Assembly (NCBI GenBank): GCA_011043415.1
Contig: DQXH01000040.1
Location: 1 to 59,002 of the forward strand
From: Thermoprotei archaeon
Lineage (GTDB): Archaea > Thermoproteota > Nitrososphaeria > Geothermarchaeales > JDFR-13
Reading direction: 5' to 3'
Length of the DNA stretch: 59,002 nt
The position numbers were made by a program, and so were the translations under genes. The notes below the pieces were generated by a model. That model was not told the origin of the DNA, did no database searches, and saw nothing but the letters and a program-made list of their open reading frames with translations. Shown here piece after piece: positions 58,820 through 59,002 of the stretch (the stretch's first letter is position 1; each line of letters begins with the position of its first letter).

Positions 58820-59002
58820 TATGGATAATATCACCTATATTGAGATCATCCCTATCAACAGCAAATATCTTATATGCATAATTTCTCCCTAAAATTCTAT
58901 CTCCCCTTCTACCAAGTTCATTCAATAATATAGCACCCTTCCAACCGACCCATAACATATTCCGCTTATACAATACTTCATCAGATACTTGAGATAAGAT
59001 CG
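58707..59002 (-). CDS. C-terminal TRAM domain of a MiaB/MtaB-like radical-SAM methylthiotransferase; 5' end lies beyond the window
   Basis: Frame is open from the window edge: ILSQVSDEVLYKRNMLWVGWKGAILLNELGRRGDRILGRNYAYKIFAVDRDDLNIGDIIHIKAVKAYTTWLYGE (TRAM pattern GR..Y..V.V....G..v.V.I......L.GE). Confidence 0.5.
   Translation of the reverse strand, partial: ILSQVSDEVLYKRNMLWVGWKGAILLNELGRRGDRILGRNYAYKIFAVDRDDLNIGDIIHIKAVKAYTTWLYGEYRKKSSSFLDLWIHSYSKSYIAY

Noticed and set aside
1-59002. CRISPR arrays, tandem or inverted long repeats, transposases/IS elements, toxin-antitoxin or defence islands
   Set aside because: No regularly spaced repeats and no integrase or transposase-like ORFs were seen. 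The two PIN proteins occupy conserved housekeeping contexts (Fcf1-like and Nob1-like). The largest intergenic gaps are filled by the two tRNA genes.

Overview
AT-rich, very gene-dense archaeal chromosomal segment: by the coordinates below only about 1.5 kb of 59 kb is intergenic. It is dominated by core information-processing genes in an order typical of crenarchaeal/TACK genomes. These include the aIF2-gamma/PIN/rpoE/spt4 cluster, aIF5B, and the operon rps13-rps4-rps11-rpoD-rpl18e-rpl13-rps9-rpoN-eno-rps2. They also include rpoH-rpoB-rpoA-rpl30e-nusA-rps12-rps7 and tuf-rps10. Metabolic genes cover isoprenoids (type-2 IPP isomerase, GGPP synthase), purines (guaB, guaA, purB) and flavin cofactors (ribL, rbkR). 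A roughly 9-kb replication island carries orc1/cdc6, rfcS, rfcL, gins23, mcm and hel308. There are two tRNA genes: Ser-UGA, and an intron-containing Lys-UUU. I saw no rRNA, CRISPR array, transposase or recognisable defence island, and the only mobile element is a mini-intein. I did not find a self-contained novel multi-gene system, so the items below are unusual features of core genes and should be treated as leads. (1) rpoA is one unsplit A'+A'' gene. (2) A 146-aa mini-intein sits in the P-loop of aIF5B. (3) rpl30e lacks a canonical start codon upstream of its conserved N-terminus, with a TAATATA coupling junction. (4) The tRNA-Lys carries a 60-nt intron that does not fold into a canonical BHB. 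(5) A nucleotidyltransferase-kinase fusion and an HExxH protein are appended to the spt4 operon. (6) Both flavin-cofactor enzymes carry N-terminal wHTH domains. (7) An 8-Cys protein is co-transcribed with RFC. All family calls rest on motif recognition by eye and no searches were run.
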